64,000 bases of DNA from an uncultured Dehalococcoidia bacterium. Its GTDB lineage: Bacteria; Chloroflexota; Dehalococcoidia; Lucifugimonadales; UBA3495. Of this stretch, positions 1-9,788 are shown in pieces; within the stretch, counting starts at the first letter, position 1; each line of letters begins with the position of its first letter. The notes under the pieces were generated by a model. That model had not been told where the DNA came from. It ran no database searches and saw only the letters and a program-made list of their open reading frames with translations. The stretch is from positions 15,142 through 79,141 of the forward strand of contig CAZPMU010000004.1 of the NCBI GenBank assembly GCA_964587795.1, given 5' to 3'. Both the position numbers and the translations under genes were made by a program.

Positions 1-1
1 A

Positions 2-823
2 CTGACCGGCTATGGCGACCTGGACGAGTTGCTGGGCGGGATGCAGCGATCCGATATGTTGATCCTTGGCGCGAGGCCGGGGCTGGGGAAGAGCGCCCTG
101 GCCGTGAATGTTTCAATTTACGCAGCGAAGCAGGGCTCGAGGGTGGGCATATTCAGCCTGGAAATGAGCCGGGAACAGCTGGCCCTGCGCATCCTGTCGG
201 GAGACGCGGAGGTGGACGCCCACCGCTTGCGCCTGGGCCTGTACACGGAGGCGGAGGAACAGCGCATTATCGACTCCATTGGCAACCTATCGGACTTACC
301 GGTGTACATTGACGACACGCCTTTCCAGGGCATACCGGAGCTGCGCAGCAAGGCCCGCCGGCTCTCGCTGGGGCCCGGCGGCCTGGACCTGCTTATTGTG
401 GACTACCTGCAGCTCATCCAGGGGCAGGCCCGTATGCGAGGAGGCGAGAATCGAGTACAGGAGATCAGCGAAATATCCCGCAACCTGAAGGGAATTGCAC
501 GGGACCTGCGTGTGCCCATCATCACGTGCTCGCAGTTGAGCCGGGTGGTGGAGGGCCGACCCGGGCACCGGCCCATGCTCTCCGACCTTAGAGACAGCGG
601 CAGCATTGAGCAGGATGCGGACATCGTTATGTTCATTTACCGGGAGGATGTGTACTACACTGAAGACGAGTGGGATCAGCACTTCCCAGACCGGCCCTAT
701 CCCCGCGGTATAGCAGAGATAATCGTTGCCAAGCACCGTCATGGCCCCACCGGAGGCGTCAAGCTGCGCTTCCGCAACAACTGGGTCAGGTTCGATGCGC
801 TGGGCAGGGAAGAAGACTATTAG
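2..823 (+). CDS. dnaB: Replicative DNA helicase DnaB, C-terminal RecA-like domain (5' end outside window)
   Basis: Frame stays open to the window edge (LTGYGDLDELLGG...). Walker A GARPGLGKSALAVN, Walker B LLIVDYLQL, SQLSR and HRHGPTG motifs are present. Confidence 0.9.
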   Translation: MTGYGDLDELLGGMQRSDMLILGARPGLGKSALAVNVSIYAAKQGSRVGIFSLEMSREQLALRILSGDAEVDAHRLRLGLYTEAEEQRIIDSIGNLSDLPVYIDDTPFQGIPELRSKARRLSLGPGGLDLLIVDYLQLIQGQARMRGGENRVQEISEISRNLKGIARDLRVPIITCSQLSRVVEGRPGHRPMLSDLRDSGSIEQDADIVMFIYREDVYYTEDEWDQHFPDRPYPRGIAEIIVAKHRHGPTGGVKLRFRNNWVRFDALGREEDY

Positions 824-825
824 CC

Positions 826-1632
826 ATGCCATTTGACGGGTTCCCCAGGAACGTACGGGCCACGCCAGTGCCCGACCCCCTCTTCAACTCGCTGCTGGAA
901 GAGATAGATGACCTGGCCGAGTTGAAGGTTACGTTGCGGACGGTGTGGCTGCTGGGACAGAAACGGGGCCAGGCCAGGTACCTTTCTGAGGGGGAGTTGC
1001 TGGGCGACGTGACCCTGGCGCGGTCGATGACGAAGACCAGCGCAGACCCGGTGGAGCAGGTGAGGCAAGGGCTGGCCATGGCCGTGGCCCGGGGTACGCT
1101 GCTCAAACATTCTGCCGGCAATGCACAGGAAGAACACTACTACTTGCTCAACTCGGAAGAAAACCGGCGGAAACTGGCAGGCCGAGCGTCATTTACTCAG
1201 CCTGGCAACCTGATCCAGCCCGATGCAGCGGTTGAACCACCCTCGGAAAGGAGCCAGGGAGGGCCAAGGGAAGTCAACATTTATGACCTTTACGAAAACA
1301 ACATCGGGACTTTCGGGCCGCTTATTGCCCAGCAACTGGGGGAGGCCGAAGACCGCTACCCTCCCAACTGGATTGAGGATGCTTTCAAGCTGGCGGTGAA
1401 CGAGAACAAGCGGTCCTGGAACTATATATCGGGCATCCTGAGGCGATGGGGCGCCGAGGGCAGGGGCCAGCGGAAGGAAAAAAGAGACGAATCGCCAAGC
1501 GAAACACCGGGGGTCGGTGTAAAGGCCGGAGCCACCCTCTGGGAAGCGGAAGGGAGGCAGCATGGAGAGCCTGGGCGAAATCCTGAAGAGGATAACCGAG
1601 CGCGACAATATCGCAGCCGTCAACGGCGATAG
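826..1632 (+). CDS. DnaD-domain replication/helicase-loading protein
   Basis: ATG lies 3 nt after the dnaB stop. The C-terminal NIYDLYENNIG...WIEDAFKLAVNENKRSWNYISGILRRW matches the DnaD/DnaB_2 repeat. The basic low-complexity tail overlaps the next gene by 71 nt. The annotated 670 start would overlap dnaB and was rejected. Confidence 0.6.
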   Translation: MPFDGFPRNVRATPVPDPLFNSLLEEIDDLAELKVTLRTVWLLGQKRGQARYLSEGELLGDVTLARSMTKTSADPVEQVRQGLAMAVARGTLLKHSAGNAQEEHYYLLNSEENRRKLAGRASFTQPGNLIQPDAAVEPPSERSQGGPREVNIYDLYENNIGTFGPLIAQQLGEAEDRYPPNWIEDAFKLAVNENKRSWNYISGILRRWGAEGRGQRKEKRDESPSETPGVGVKAGATLWEAEGRQHGEPGRNPEEDNRARQYRSRQRR

Positions 1633-2962
1633 GCCCGGCCTGCGGAACATCCAGATAGAAGAACCCGATGAAGACCGATGCCCCGTCTGTGACGGCGCCG
1701 GTTGGGTCAGCAAACGGGTGCCGGTAGGGCATCCTGACTTTGGCGAGGCTTTTCCCTGCCGCTGCCAGCAACAGAGAGATCCCGGACAGCGTACCGATAC
1801 TCTGAGCCGTTACAGCAACCTGGGAGCGCTGCGCCGGACCACTTTCGACACGACCAACCCCCAGGGCCTGCAGCCCGATGCCAAGGGCAGCCAGTTGTTC
1901 AATGAAGCCATGACGGCCGCCGTGGCCTTTGCGGAGAATCCCGAGGGCTGGCTGGTGTTCACGGGACCCAGCGGCAGCGGGAAGACCCACCTGGCAGTGG
2001 CGGCAGCCAACCGGTGCATCGACCGGGGCCTCCCAACCTACTTTATAGTTGCCGCCGACCTGTTGGACCATTTGCGGGCCACTTACGCGCCGGACAGCGA
2101 CATTTCCTACGATGAGCTTTTTGAGCAGGTCAGGAACGCGCCCATACTGGTGCTGGACGACCTGTCGGCCCAGTTCACGACCCCCTGGGCGCAGGAGAAG
2201 CTGTTCCAGATAATCAGCCACCGGTTCAATGAGTCGCTACCCACCATTATCACGGTGCGGGGGCCATTGGAACGGCTGGATGAAGGGTTGCGGACAAGAA
2301 TGGAGACCCAGGGCGGCTTTTCGAAGATTCACCGCTTGGGGGAACATACTTCGCGTGCCGCCAACCGGATAGGGGCTATTCCGGAGGATATGCTGCGGCG
2401 GATGACGTTCGAAGGGTTCGATGTATTTGGCAGGACGGACACCGACCAGGTGGGACGGGAATCCCTGGTGCGGGCGTGGCAAGCTGCGAAAACCTTTGCG
2501 TCCGAACCGGACGGCTGGCTGCTACTGACCGGCCCCAGGGGGAGCGGCAAAACGCACCTGGCGGTGGCGGTGGCTGGAGAATGCGCACGGCGGGGCCATT
2601 CGGTTTTCCGAGCCTTTGTGCCCGATCTGATGGACCACTTGCGGGGCACATTCAGCCCTGACAGTCCCATCAGCTATGACGAACTGTTCGAAAGAGTGAA
2701 GTCGGCGGACTTGTTGATACTTGATGACCTGGGTACCCAGGTCAGCACGCCATGGGCCGAGGAAAAGCTCTACCAGATTGTGGCTAACAGATACGATCTG
2801 CGTCTCCCCACGGTGATTACTGCAATTGACAGCGTAGACGAACTGGCAAGAGACTGGCCCAACATAGGATCCCGGCTGGTGGACCAGTCGCTCGTAGACT
2901 GGCACCCCATTTCTGCGCCCAACTATCGCGACCAGCGTCGGCGGGGGATGGGACCAGGATAG
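1562..2962 (+). CDS. Tandem-duplicated DnaC/DnaI-like AAA+ helicase loader with N-terminal Zn-ribbon
   Basis: GGAGG lies upstream of the ATG. CPVCDGAG...CRC is a zinc-ribbon-like motif. There are two complete AAA+ modules: GPSGSGKTHLAVA + ILVLDDL, and GPRGSGKTHLAVA + LLILDDL. Confidence 0.8.
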   Translation: MESLGEILKRITERDNIAAVNGDRPGLRNIQIEEPDEDRCPVCDGAGWVSKRVPVGHPDFGEAFPCRCQQQRDPGQRTDTLSRYSNLGALRRTTFDTTNPQGLQPDAKGSQLFNEAMTAAVAFAENPEGWLVFTGPSGSGKTHLAVAAANRCIDRGLPTYFIVAADLLDHLRATYAPDSDISYDELFEQVRNAPILVLDDLSAQFTTPWAQEKLFQIISHRFNESLPTIITVRGPLERLDEGLRTRMETQGGFSKIHRLGEHTSRAANRIGAIPEDMLRRMTFEGFDVFGRTDTDQVGRESLVRAWQAAKTFASEPDGWLLLTGPRGSGKTHLAVAVAGECARRGHSVFRAFVPDLMDHLRGTFSPDSPISYDELFERVKSADLLILDDLGTQVSTPWAEEKLYQIVANRYDLRLPTVITAIDSVDELARDWPNIGSRLVDQSLVDWHPISAPNYRDQRRRGMGPG

Positions 2963-3045
2963 TCCGGCACATTGGCCTAACGCCCTGTCGGCGGCGTTTC
3001 TAACCCAGGTGGTCGAGTTCAGAGCTACCACTTCGGCGCAGGGAA

Positions 3046-3070
3046 GGTCGGGCTCCAAACCCGCCCCTGC
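3046..3070 (+). repeat. GC-rich palindromic intergenic element, family A (imperfect copy)
   Basis: ggtcgggctccaaacccgcccctgc followed by ggtatacaagcc. Shares the core and the 3' extension with the copy at 3751. Confidence 0.6.
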
Positions 3071-3105
3071 GGTATACAAGCCGTCCAGCCCGGGTGTCTA
3101 TTTCC

Positions 3106-3561
3106 CTACCGGCGCTTGCGTTCGTGGGTGGCACACCATTCCTCGTAGGGCGGGACTTCCTCGCCCACGGTCCACAGGAAATGGTAGGTTCCTGAATCTC
3201 CCATGTATTTGAAGTCCTTGCGGATGGCCTGCAGGGCGGCTTCGAAGCTGCCGTGAGATCGGAGGTAGGCCTGGAAGCCACCGTGTTCGGCTTCCAGTTC
3301 CAGCATGCGCCGTGCATTGGCAGAGATGGCGGAGAGCTTGCGGCGGTGCCGGATCATGCGGGAGTCCTGGGCCAGTTCGTCCAGTTCCGGGTCGCTGAGG
3401 CCTGCGATAGCATGAGGGTCGAAACCCTGCATGGACTCCCTGACCCCGGGCCACTTTGATTCCACCACTCGCCAGGAAATGCCGGACTGAAAGACCGACT
3501 TGGTCATGATTTCGAGGTAGTCTGAAAGGCCGCAAGGCTGGATTTGTTCCGGTACGTGCAT
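3106..3561 (-). CDS. tag: DNA-3-methyladenine glycosylase I (Tag)-like protein
   Basis: LEIMTKSVFQSGISWRVVESKW...IRHRRKLSAISANA resembles the Adenine_glyco helix-hairpin-helix core. The N-terminal Zn-snap residues are not obvious. Confidence 0.65.
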   Translation of the reverse strand: MHVPEQIQPCGLSDYLEIMTKSVFQSGISWRVVESKWPGVRESMQGFDPHAIAGLSDPELDELAQDSRMIRHRRKLSAISANARRMLELEAEHGGFQAYLRSHGSFEAALQAIRKDFKYMGDSGTYHFLWTVGEEVPPYEEWCATHERKRR

Positions 3562-3750
3562 TGTCCATGCTCCACAAAGAAACTACCAAAAGGTCCGGCG
3601 CACAGCGCGGGGTTGTACCTGTTTAACACGGTGGCATTTCAGGCCCGTGCAGCCGTCGGATTCCAACCTTCCACATTATTGGGAAAGCGAAGTCTGTTCG
3701 GGTTCTATTTTGGGTAGTAACCCATAGGAAGAGTTGTTGAATGGCGGCGG

Positions 3751-3775
3751 GGGCGGGTCTGAAACCCGCCCCTGC
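3751..3775 (+). repeat. GC-rich palindromic intergenic element, family A
   Basis: gggcgggtctgaaacccgcccctgc. The 8-bp stem is GGGCGGGT/ACCCGCCC, followed by cggtataagcc. Confidence 0.65.
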
Positions 3776-3824
3776 CGGTATAAGCCTGCCAGGTCGAAAC
3801 GCTGCCGGAACTCTCGACACCCTG

Positions 3825-4862
3825 CTACAGGGGCAGGGCAATAGCCTGGCCAGTCTGTGCGCTGCGGGTGACCGCCTCGGTGAACTCCATGTAGTGGAGG
3901 CCGATATCAAAGGGAGTATGGGTGACGGGTTCCATGCCGCGTATGGCGCTGATGAATTCCTCCTCGACGCGCCAGGAATACTGCATCTCGGGAGGATTGG
4001 GGATTTCCGAAAGTTGAGCGTCGCCGCGCTGGCCGCCGAACACGTTGAGCTGGGGGTCGATGTGCAGGGTGCCCTCGCTGCCGTGCAGCCAGGCTTCGGT
4101 ACCGCGGGCAAGGCCGGTAACGGCACTGACTCGCATGTGACCCTGGGCGCCGTTGGAGAACTCCATCAGGATGTCTACGTGGTCGGGAATGGTAACCGCC
4201 TGCATGGTGCCGTCCTCGTCCATGCGAGCCGGAACGTTTACGCGGGACATGGCCATGACGCGGGTGGCGGGGCCGGTCCAGCGGCTGAGACATTCGTACC
4301 AGATACCCATGTTCAGGATGTTGTAACCGCTGAAAGTGCGGTTGTGCCGCCAGTGTAATGGCGCGTTCTGGTCAACAAACCCCGACCCCACTACCTGGGC
4401 TTCCACGGCCAGAAGGTCTCCCAGGTACCCTTCGGAAACCTTTTGCTGGACCAGGTTGTCCACCTTGAACGTGGATGGGCCTGGCACAATCTGGGTGACT
4501 AAATGAGGGTGGTTCCTGGAAGCCTCCAGCATTTCCCGGGCCTCCTGGGCGTTGGCGGCCATGCGGGCCTCTGTGAGGACGTGCTTGCCTTTTTCCAGGG
4601 CCGCGATGGTCAGGTTGCGGTGCATATAAGGCCAGGTACCAATGCAGACGGCATCAATTGAGGGGTCGTCCAGCAGGTCGCGCCAGTTGTCGTAAACGGT
4701 AGGGATATTGAAGGAATCGGCGACGCGCTGCCCGGACTCACGGCTGCGGTTGGCCACGGCGGCCAGTTCGACCCCCTCGACGTCGAGAAAGCCGGGAATG
4801 TGCCGGTCGCGGGTATTGCGGCCGGCGCCAATCAGTCCCAATCGAATAGAATCGTTAGCCAC
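3825..4862 (-). CDS. Gfo/Idh/MocA family NAD(P)-dependent oxidoreductase
   Basis: N-terminal Rossmann motif IRLGLIGAGRN. GTG start at 4862 is preceded by AGGAGG. The longer ATG 4889 start has no RBS. Confidence 0.8.
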   Translation of the reverse strand: MANDSIRLGLIGAGRNTRDRHIPGFLDVEGVELAAVANRSRESGQRVADSFNIPTVYDNWRDLLDDPSIDAVCIGTWPYMHRNLTIAALEKGKHVLTEARMAANAQEAREMLEASRNHPHLVTQIVPGPSTFKVDNLVQQKVSEGYLGDLLAVEAQVVGSGFVDQNAPLHWRHNRTFSGYNILNMGIWYECLSRWTGPATRVMAMSRVNVPARMDEDGTMQAVTIPDHVDILMEFSNGAQGHMRVSAVTGLARGTEAWLHGSEGTLHIDPQLNVFGGQRGDAQLSEIPNPPEMQYSWRVEEEFISAIRGMEPVTHTPFDIGLHYMEFTEAVTRSAQTGQAIALPL

Positions 4863-5261
4863 GAAGAACCTCCTGTATGGAAGAAACATAGCGCCAGTAA
4901 TCGAACCCGATTATAGGGCAGGCTCCCGGCATTGTCATCTTGGGTAACCCGGCGCGCCCGTGGTCAGGAACCGGATACAAAACTCCTTTCAAGGACGGCT
5001 TGAGAGAAAGGCAGCGACAAACCAGGGTCTTTCGATTATCTTTCGTTGTGCGTCTTTCCCCCGTCCTTAGTCGGAAAGGGCCGATGCTAAGGGGCCTCAC
5101 TGCTATAGCTTTAAACTCATCCGGTACGGGCGCACGTCGGCGCGCCCCTGAGTCCGCCAGGGGAATATGACTCCCGGAAAACCCAAGGACCGCGGCGGGA
5201 AGTTCGCAGACTTGCGTTAGTTAAATCTTCCAAGTTACCATTTGATTGAACTGCGGCATTA

Positions 5262-5789
5262 TTGAAACGTGATGCAAGACAGGGCGAGGCTGCGGCCGTT
5301 GGGGCAACTGCTGGGTCAGACACGGGGGACAGACGGGACTCACCATTGTGGCGACATTGGAAGATACTGCGGGTGAAGGGAAACAGTATGTCGCCCACTT
5401 TGCTGAGCGGCCAGACGGTGCAAACGCGTCCTTTAGCCACCTGGAAGGCGAGCCATCCCGGGTTTCGGGGTTCGATAGTCGCGCTGCAGCATCCGATTCG
5501 CGGTGAGTCCATTTACCTGAAGCGAGTGGTGGGACTGCCCAACGAGCATATCGCCATTGTTGACGGCCGGGTGCTGATTAACGGGAGTCCACTGGATGAA
5601 GCCTACCTGTCCGGCCGTGGGGAGACCCGTCCAGGGGGGGCGAGCCAATGGTTTACTGATGGTGGGGAGGTGTTTGTGCTGGGGGACAACCGGGGGGACA
5701 GCGAAGACAGCCGAGTTTTCGGCCCGGTGCCGCTGGACCTTATTTTGGGGGAAGCATGGTTCAGGTACTTCCCGCCCGGACTGCTTTGA
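5262..5789 (+). CDS. S26 family signal peptidase I-like protease (start uncertain, no N-terminal TM seen)
   Basis: Nucleophile box GNSMSPTL, plus GLPNEHI and VLGDNRGDSEDSR boxes. Alternative GTG start at 5373. Confidence 0.7.
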   Translation: MKRDARQGEAAAVGATAGSDTGDRRDSPLWRHWKILRVKGNSMSPTLLSGQTVQTRPLATWKASHPGFRGSIVALQHPIRGESIYLKRVVGLPNEHIAIVDGRVLINGSPLDEAYLSGRGETRPGGASQWFTDGGEVFVLGDNRGDSEDSRVFGPVPLDLILGEAWFRYFPPGLL

Positions 5790-5883
5790 AAAGTGCAAGA
5801 AACTGCCAGGCTACTCAGGCGATCGGGGACGGCAAGAGATTTCCTTCAAGAGGAAGTGTACCGTCCAGGGTAACGCTTAGCTG

Positions 5884-6855
5884 ATGGCAAGTCCTGTAGT
5901 CATTCTGAAAAACACGAGGGCCAGATTCAAGCGGTGGTGGTGGAATCACCCCTTGATGCAGTACCGCCCGGTCAAGATTGTGGTCCACGTTGCCAACGAA
6001 ATGGTCACCCGAGACGCCAACCACCTGGCGGCGGGTGTAGCATACTACGGCATTTTCGGCATTTTCCCCTTCCTGCTGGGAATGATGGTGATTTCCAGCC
6101 TCTTTCTTGAGGCGGAAGTCGTTCAGGCAAAGCTGCTGGAGTTCGTGATGGGCAATCTACCCGGATCGGATCGTTTGATTGCCAGCAACATCATCTTTAT
6201 TGATTCCCACCAGACGGAGCTAATCCTGATTGCCATAGTGGGAGTCCTGTGGTCGTCCAGTTCGGTATTTGGTGCGGTCAGCAGGCTGGTGAACCGGGCA
6301 TGGGGCATATACCAGGGGCAGCCCTTCCACGTACACCGGGTAGGACACATCCTGTTTCTGATGAGCTTTGGCCTCTACTTCCTGTTCTGGCTGGCGGTTA
6401 CTTCCGGCACCCAAATTCTGCTCAACATAGAACTGGGAGCAGCGTTCCAGGAAGTGATAAACGAATCGGGCTTCCTGAACCTTCTGATCAGGCTGAGTTC
6501 GTGGTTTGTTACGGCCGTGGGTTTTTTGCTGGTCTACCGCTACCTGCCCAACTGCGAGGTGAAGTGGCACAACGTATGGGTTGGCACGTTGGTAGCTTCC
6601 ATACTGTTCGAGGTGGGCAAGGAGATCTTCACCGAGTACCTTCATCACTACGGGCAGTACGACATTCTCTATGGGTCAATAGCCTCAACTATAATCTTCC
6701 TGCTGTGGGTGTTCCTGTCGGCGCTGATTCTGACCCTGGGGGCGGAGATATGCTCGAACTACCAGCAGGCGTATCATCCGGATGAACGGGTTGACCGGAT
6801 GCGAGGGTGGGGCTGGGCCGCCGACATTGACCATCCCACGGACCTGGGGGATTAA
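5884..6855 (+). CDS. YihY/BrkB family integral membrane protein
   Basis: HLAAGVAYYGIFGIFPFLL signature and multiple hydrophobic segments. Confidence 0.75.
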   Translation: MASPVVILKNTRARFKRWWWNHPLMQYRPVKIVVHVANEMVTRDANHLAAGVAYYGIFGIFPFLLGMMVISSLFLEAEVVQAKLLEFVMGNLPGSDRLIASNIIFIDSHQTELILIAIVGVLWSSSSVFGAVSRLVNRAWGIYQGQPFHVHRVGHILFLMSFGLYFLFWLAVTSGTQILLNIELGAAFQEVINESGFLNLLIRLSSWFVTAVGFLLVYRYLPNCEVKWHNVWVGTLVASILFEVGKEIFTEYLHHYGQYDILYGSIASTIIFLLWVFLSALILTLGAEICSNYQQAYHPDERVDRMRGWGWAADIDHPTDLGD

Positions 6856-7116
6856 CCTGAATGCCGCGGGGTTGCTGACGAACAGGGATAATAACAAGGG
6901 CGGGAACTGCTTCCCGCCCTTTCGCTTATTGCCGTTCACTTGGCGCTATGTCATTTGCGGATGGAACCTACGGGCGGGCCCGCAGCGCGTGTCGGCTGAA
7001 CTGACTGGCAAGTCACCCGGTACGCTGATCCAATGGCGGGGCCATCCGTTTATGGTTCTACAAACTCAACATGATCGGACTTCCGAAGTGCCCATCGCTT
7101 ATGCGGCCATGGCCCA

Positions 7117-7386
7117 CTAGAGTTTCCAGAAGTTGCCCACCTGGCAGACCATATCGACCCGGTGGATTGATTCCGCCGGCCAACCGACCAAGTTAATCCA
7201 GTCCTCAAAGTGGGCCTGCTCCACGGCCTCGCACTCCGAGACCAGCCTGCCACTTTCCAGATCGCCATAGACCTTGAGTATGGTCGTACGACGATCGGGA
7301 CGCCACTTGCGGACGGCGTTGAGCTTGTCCCGGAAATCAGCCTCGGTAATTCCAGGGACGTTGTGGATAGCGATGAATCTGGCCAT
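7117..7386 (-). CDS. DUF4242-like small protein
   Basis: MARFIAIHNVPGITEADF...GRLVSECEA pattern. ATG at 7386 has GAGG upstream. Confidence 0.5.
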   Translation of the reverse strand: MARFIAIHNVPGITEADFRDKLNAVRKWRPDRRTTILKVYGDLESGRLVSECEAVEQAHFEDWINLVGWPAESIHRVDMVCQVGNFWKL

Positions 7387-7597
7387 TGATTGCAAACCTC
7401 TCTGATTTTCTTTGGCAGGGGCCCGGTAGTCACCCCCATTTCCTCAGGCAGTCTCCGGTTATGCCCCGACCTTGCCCTATCCGCGGAGAAGGGGCCTGCC
7501 CAAAGCCTCTTCGGCCAAGGGGAGACGGAACTTGTCCTAACCTCTCTGGATTCCGGATTTCACCCGGCTGGCAAACCGGCAGTGATGCCGTTCATCG

Positions 7598-8167
7598 CTA
7601 GTCCGCAGGCGGCACGAACGGGTAGGGGATGTCCGGGCCGTCGCGCAGGGGGAGTACCACAGTGGCCGTGCCGGGCATGCTTTCGATGCCGTCATGGGTC
7701 ATCATTCCGATTTCCAGTTCAATGAAACCCATTTGACCCTTTTCATATTTGCTGGTGACCTTGCCCCACATAATGAGAATGTCGCCCGGCACCAGCATGG
7801 CACGGTGTTCAAACTGCGCCTTCCACGGCCAGCCTTTGGGCAGGGTCCAGTCTTTGAGGTACTGGGGAACCACGCTCTGCTTCCAGGAACCGTGCACCAG
7901 GATGCTGGGGTTCCTGTCGTGGTTCAGGCCAAAGTCCAGATCGTAATGAATCCGGTGGAAGTTCTCAATGGCCGCGCTCCAGCGGAAAAGATGGGTTGGA
8001 GTGGGGCTGTAAATGTACTTGGGCAGTTCCATGCCCTCTTCCACGTCTTCGTAGTAGATCTGCCCCTTGTTGCGCAGGTCGTCGGACTTGGGGCGTTCAT
8101 TGTGGGCCAGAATCTCTTCAGGCTCCAGCTTAAGCAGGTCTTCCAATGGCAGGCTCATATCAGCCAC
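7598..8167 (-). CDS. MaoC-like (R)-specific enoyl-CoA hydratase hot-dog subunit
   Basis: NFHRIHYDLDFG...ILVHGSW hydratase motif region. Confidence 0.7.
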   Translation of the reverse strand: MADMSLPLEDLLKLEPEEILAHNERPKSDDLRNKGQIYYEDVEEGMELPKYIYSPTPTHLFRWSAAIENFHRIHYDLDFGLNHDRNPSILVHGSWKQSVVPQYLKDWTLPKGWPWKAQFEHRAMLVPGDILIMWGKVTSKYEKGQMGFIELEIGMMTHDGIESMPGTATVVLPLRDGPDIPYPFVPPAD

Positions 8168-8204
8168 CTCGCCGATAAATCAATTGACCAGGGCACATTC
8201 ACCG

Positions 8205-8756
8205 CTAGCGGCGAATTGTTGAAGCCCGGGTTATGCAAAGCAACTCGTCGTTCTGGTTCTTGTAGGTGGTCTCCCGGGTGATGATCAGGAAGGAGCGGCC
8301 ATCCCGGCCCACACGTTCCCGAATGTCGGAATAACGATTCTGGAAAAGCACCCGGTCGCCGATGCTGGGGTATTTGTAGATCTCCAGTTCGTTGCCGGCG
8401 TTGAGCACCCGCATCAGGTTGGTAGGTACGGGCGGCAGTTCGCCGGGGCGCTCCACGGAACCGATGCCGTCGGACTCGGGATTCTCCTCGAAGGCGCGGG
8501 TAACCGGGTCATCCTGGTCGGGCCGGATGCGGGAGGCCAGGTAGCTGACCATGATTGGTGGGGTGATGATTTCACCATAGTGGGTGGATTCGGCAAATTC
8601 CTGGTCCCAGTACCGGGGGTCGGGGTCCATGACGGCCTGAGTGAAGCGGCGCAGGTATTCGGCATCCACCACGCCCCAGGCCTCGACCACGTCGCCCGAG
8701 ACCCCGATCATGGCGCGGACCTCCGGGGTGAGGGCCGACTGGGTTTCCTGTGTCAT
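8205..8756 (-). CDS. MaoC N-terminal-type (FAS1-like) hot-dog subunit
   Basis: YLRRFTQAVMDPDPRYWD pattern. Lies 37 nt upstream of the MaoC subunit on the same strand, giving a split hydratase pair like HadAB/ChsH1-ChsH2. Confidence 0.65.
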   Translation of the reverse strand: MTQETQSALTPEVRAMIGVSGDVVEAWGVVDAEYLRRFTQAVMDPDPRYWDQEFAESTHYGEIITPPIMVSYLASRIRPDQDDPVTRAFEENPESDGIGSVERPGELPPVPTNLMRVLNAGNELEIYKYPSIGDRVLFQNRYSDIRERVGRDGRSFLIITRETTYKNQNDELLCITRASTIRR

Positions 8757-8952
8757 AATCAGTTTCCTCGCAAAGCTACCCCAGATGCAGGGGGACTTGA
8801 CGGGATTAGGCTAACGCAGGGATTGGGGTTTGGTCAATGGGAAGTGGGTTGACTCGACTATCCTGAGATACCATCCACACTGCCTGATGTTTCCAACCAG
8901 GGTTTGAGTTACAATGCTGCCGAATGCAAGCAGAGGATACGAGGGTTCCTAA

Positions 8953-9717
8953 ATGGAAATTACAGGAGCGGTATTCATCGTGACCGGTTCAGCTACGGGC
9001 CTGGGGGCTTCGGTGGCGCGCCGGCTGGCTGGAAAGGGCGGGCGAGTGGTAATCAACTACACCCGCAGTGTGGCGGAAGCGGAGGAGACTGCGGAGGCAT
9101 GCACGTTGCTAGGCGGCGAGGCTATCCTCTCACAAGCCGACGTATCGGTGGATGAAGACTGCCGGCGGATGGCAGGGGATGCCCTCGCCCAGTGGGGCAG
9201 AATAGACGGGTTGGTCAACAACGCCGCCCGGTCGAAGATTGTGGCCCACGCCGACCTGGAGGGTCTGAGCGGCGAGGACTTTAACCAGATCTTCGCCGTC
9301 AATGTAACCGGAGCCTACCAGATGGCGCGGGCAGTGGCGCCGGCGATGAAGGAGCAGGGCCTGGGCGCCATCGTCAACATATCATCGGGTTCGGGGTTTA
9401 CCGGGTCGGGCAGCTCAATAGCTTACGCGGCTTCCAAGGGCGCGTTAAACACCATGACCCTGTCGCTGGCACGGGCGCTGGCCCCGGAGATAAGGGTGAA
9501 TGCGGTTTGCCCGGGGGTGATGCAGACCCGGTGGTGGCGCGAGGGCCTGGGTGAAGAGAACTACGCCGGCTTCATAGAGCGGTACGCGGAGAGGACGCCG
9601 TTGAAGGCCGCGGGCCACCCGGACATCGTGGCGGAGACGGTGGTTTGGCTGATGGAAGGAGCGGAACACGTTACCGGCGAAACTATAATGGTGGACGCAG
9701 GTTCCCACCTGGTTTAG
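8953..9717 (+). CDS. SDR family oxidoreductase
   Basis: TGSATGLG cofactor motif, NNAA, and YAASKGAL catalytic YxxxK. Confidence 0.85.
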   Translation: MEITGAVFIVTGSATGLGASVARRLAGKGGRVVINYTRSVAEAEETAEACTLLGGEAILSQADVSVDEDCRRMAGDALAQWGRIDGLVNNAARSKIVAHADLEGLSGEDFNQIFAVNVTGAYQMARAVAPAMKEQGLGAIVNISSGSGFTGSGSSIAYAASKGALNTMTLSLARALAPEIRVNAVCPGVMQTRWWREGLGEENYAGFIERYAERTPLKAAGHPDIVAETVVWLMEGAEHVTGETIMVDAGSHLV

Positions 9718-9788
9718 GCGCGGGAGTGGAACTTGCTGCCAGAACCTGCGAAACCAGGGCGGGCAAGGAAAATAGATGGAGGTGGAAG

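Noticed and set aside
670-825. Upstream extension of the DnaD-like ORF
   Set aside because: It overlaps the dnaB 3' end in another frame. The ATG at 826 lies directly after the dnaB stop.
4890-5261. 370-bp divergent intergenic region with several hairpins; considered for SRP RNA, RNase P RNA, 6S RNA or a riboswitch
   Set aside because: None of the conserved cores I know were found (RNase P GAGGAAAGUCC / ACAGAAxxCGGCUUA; SRP GGAA tetraloop helix-8 motif). Needs an Infernal/Rfam scan and cannot be called by eye.
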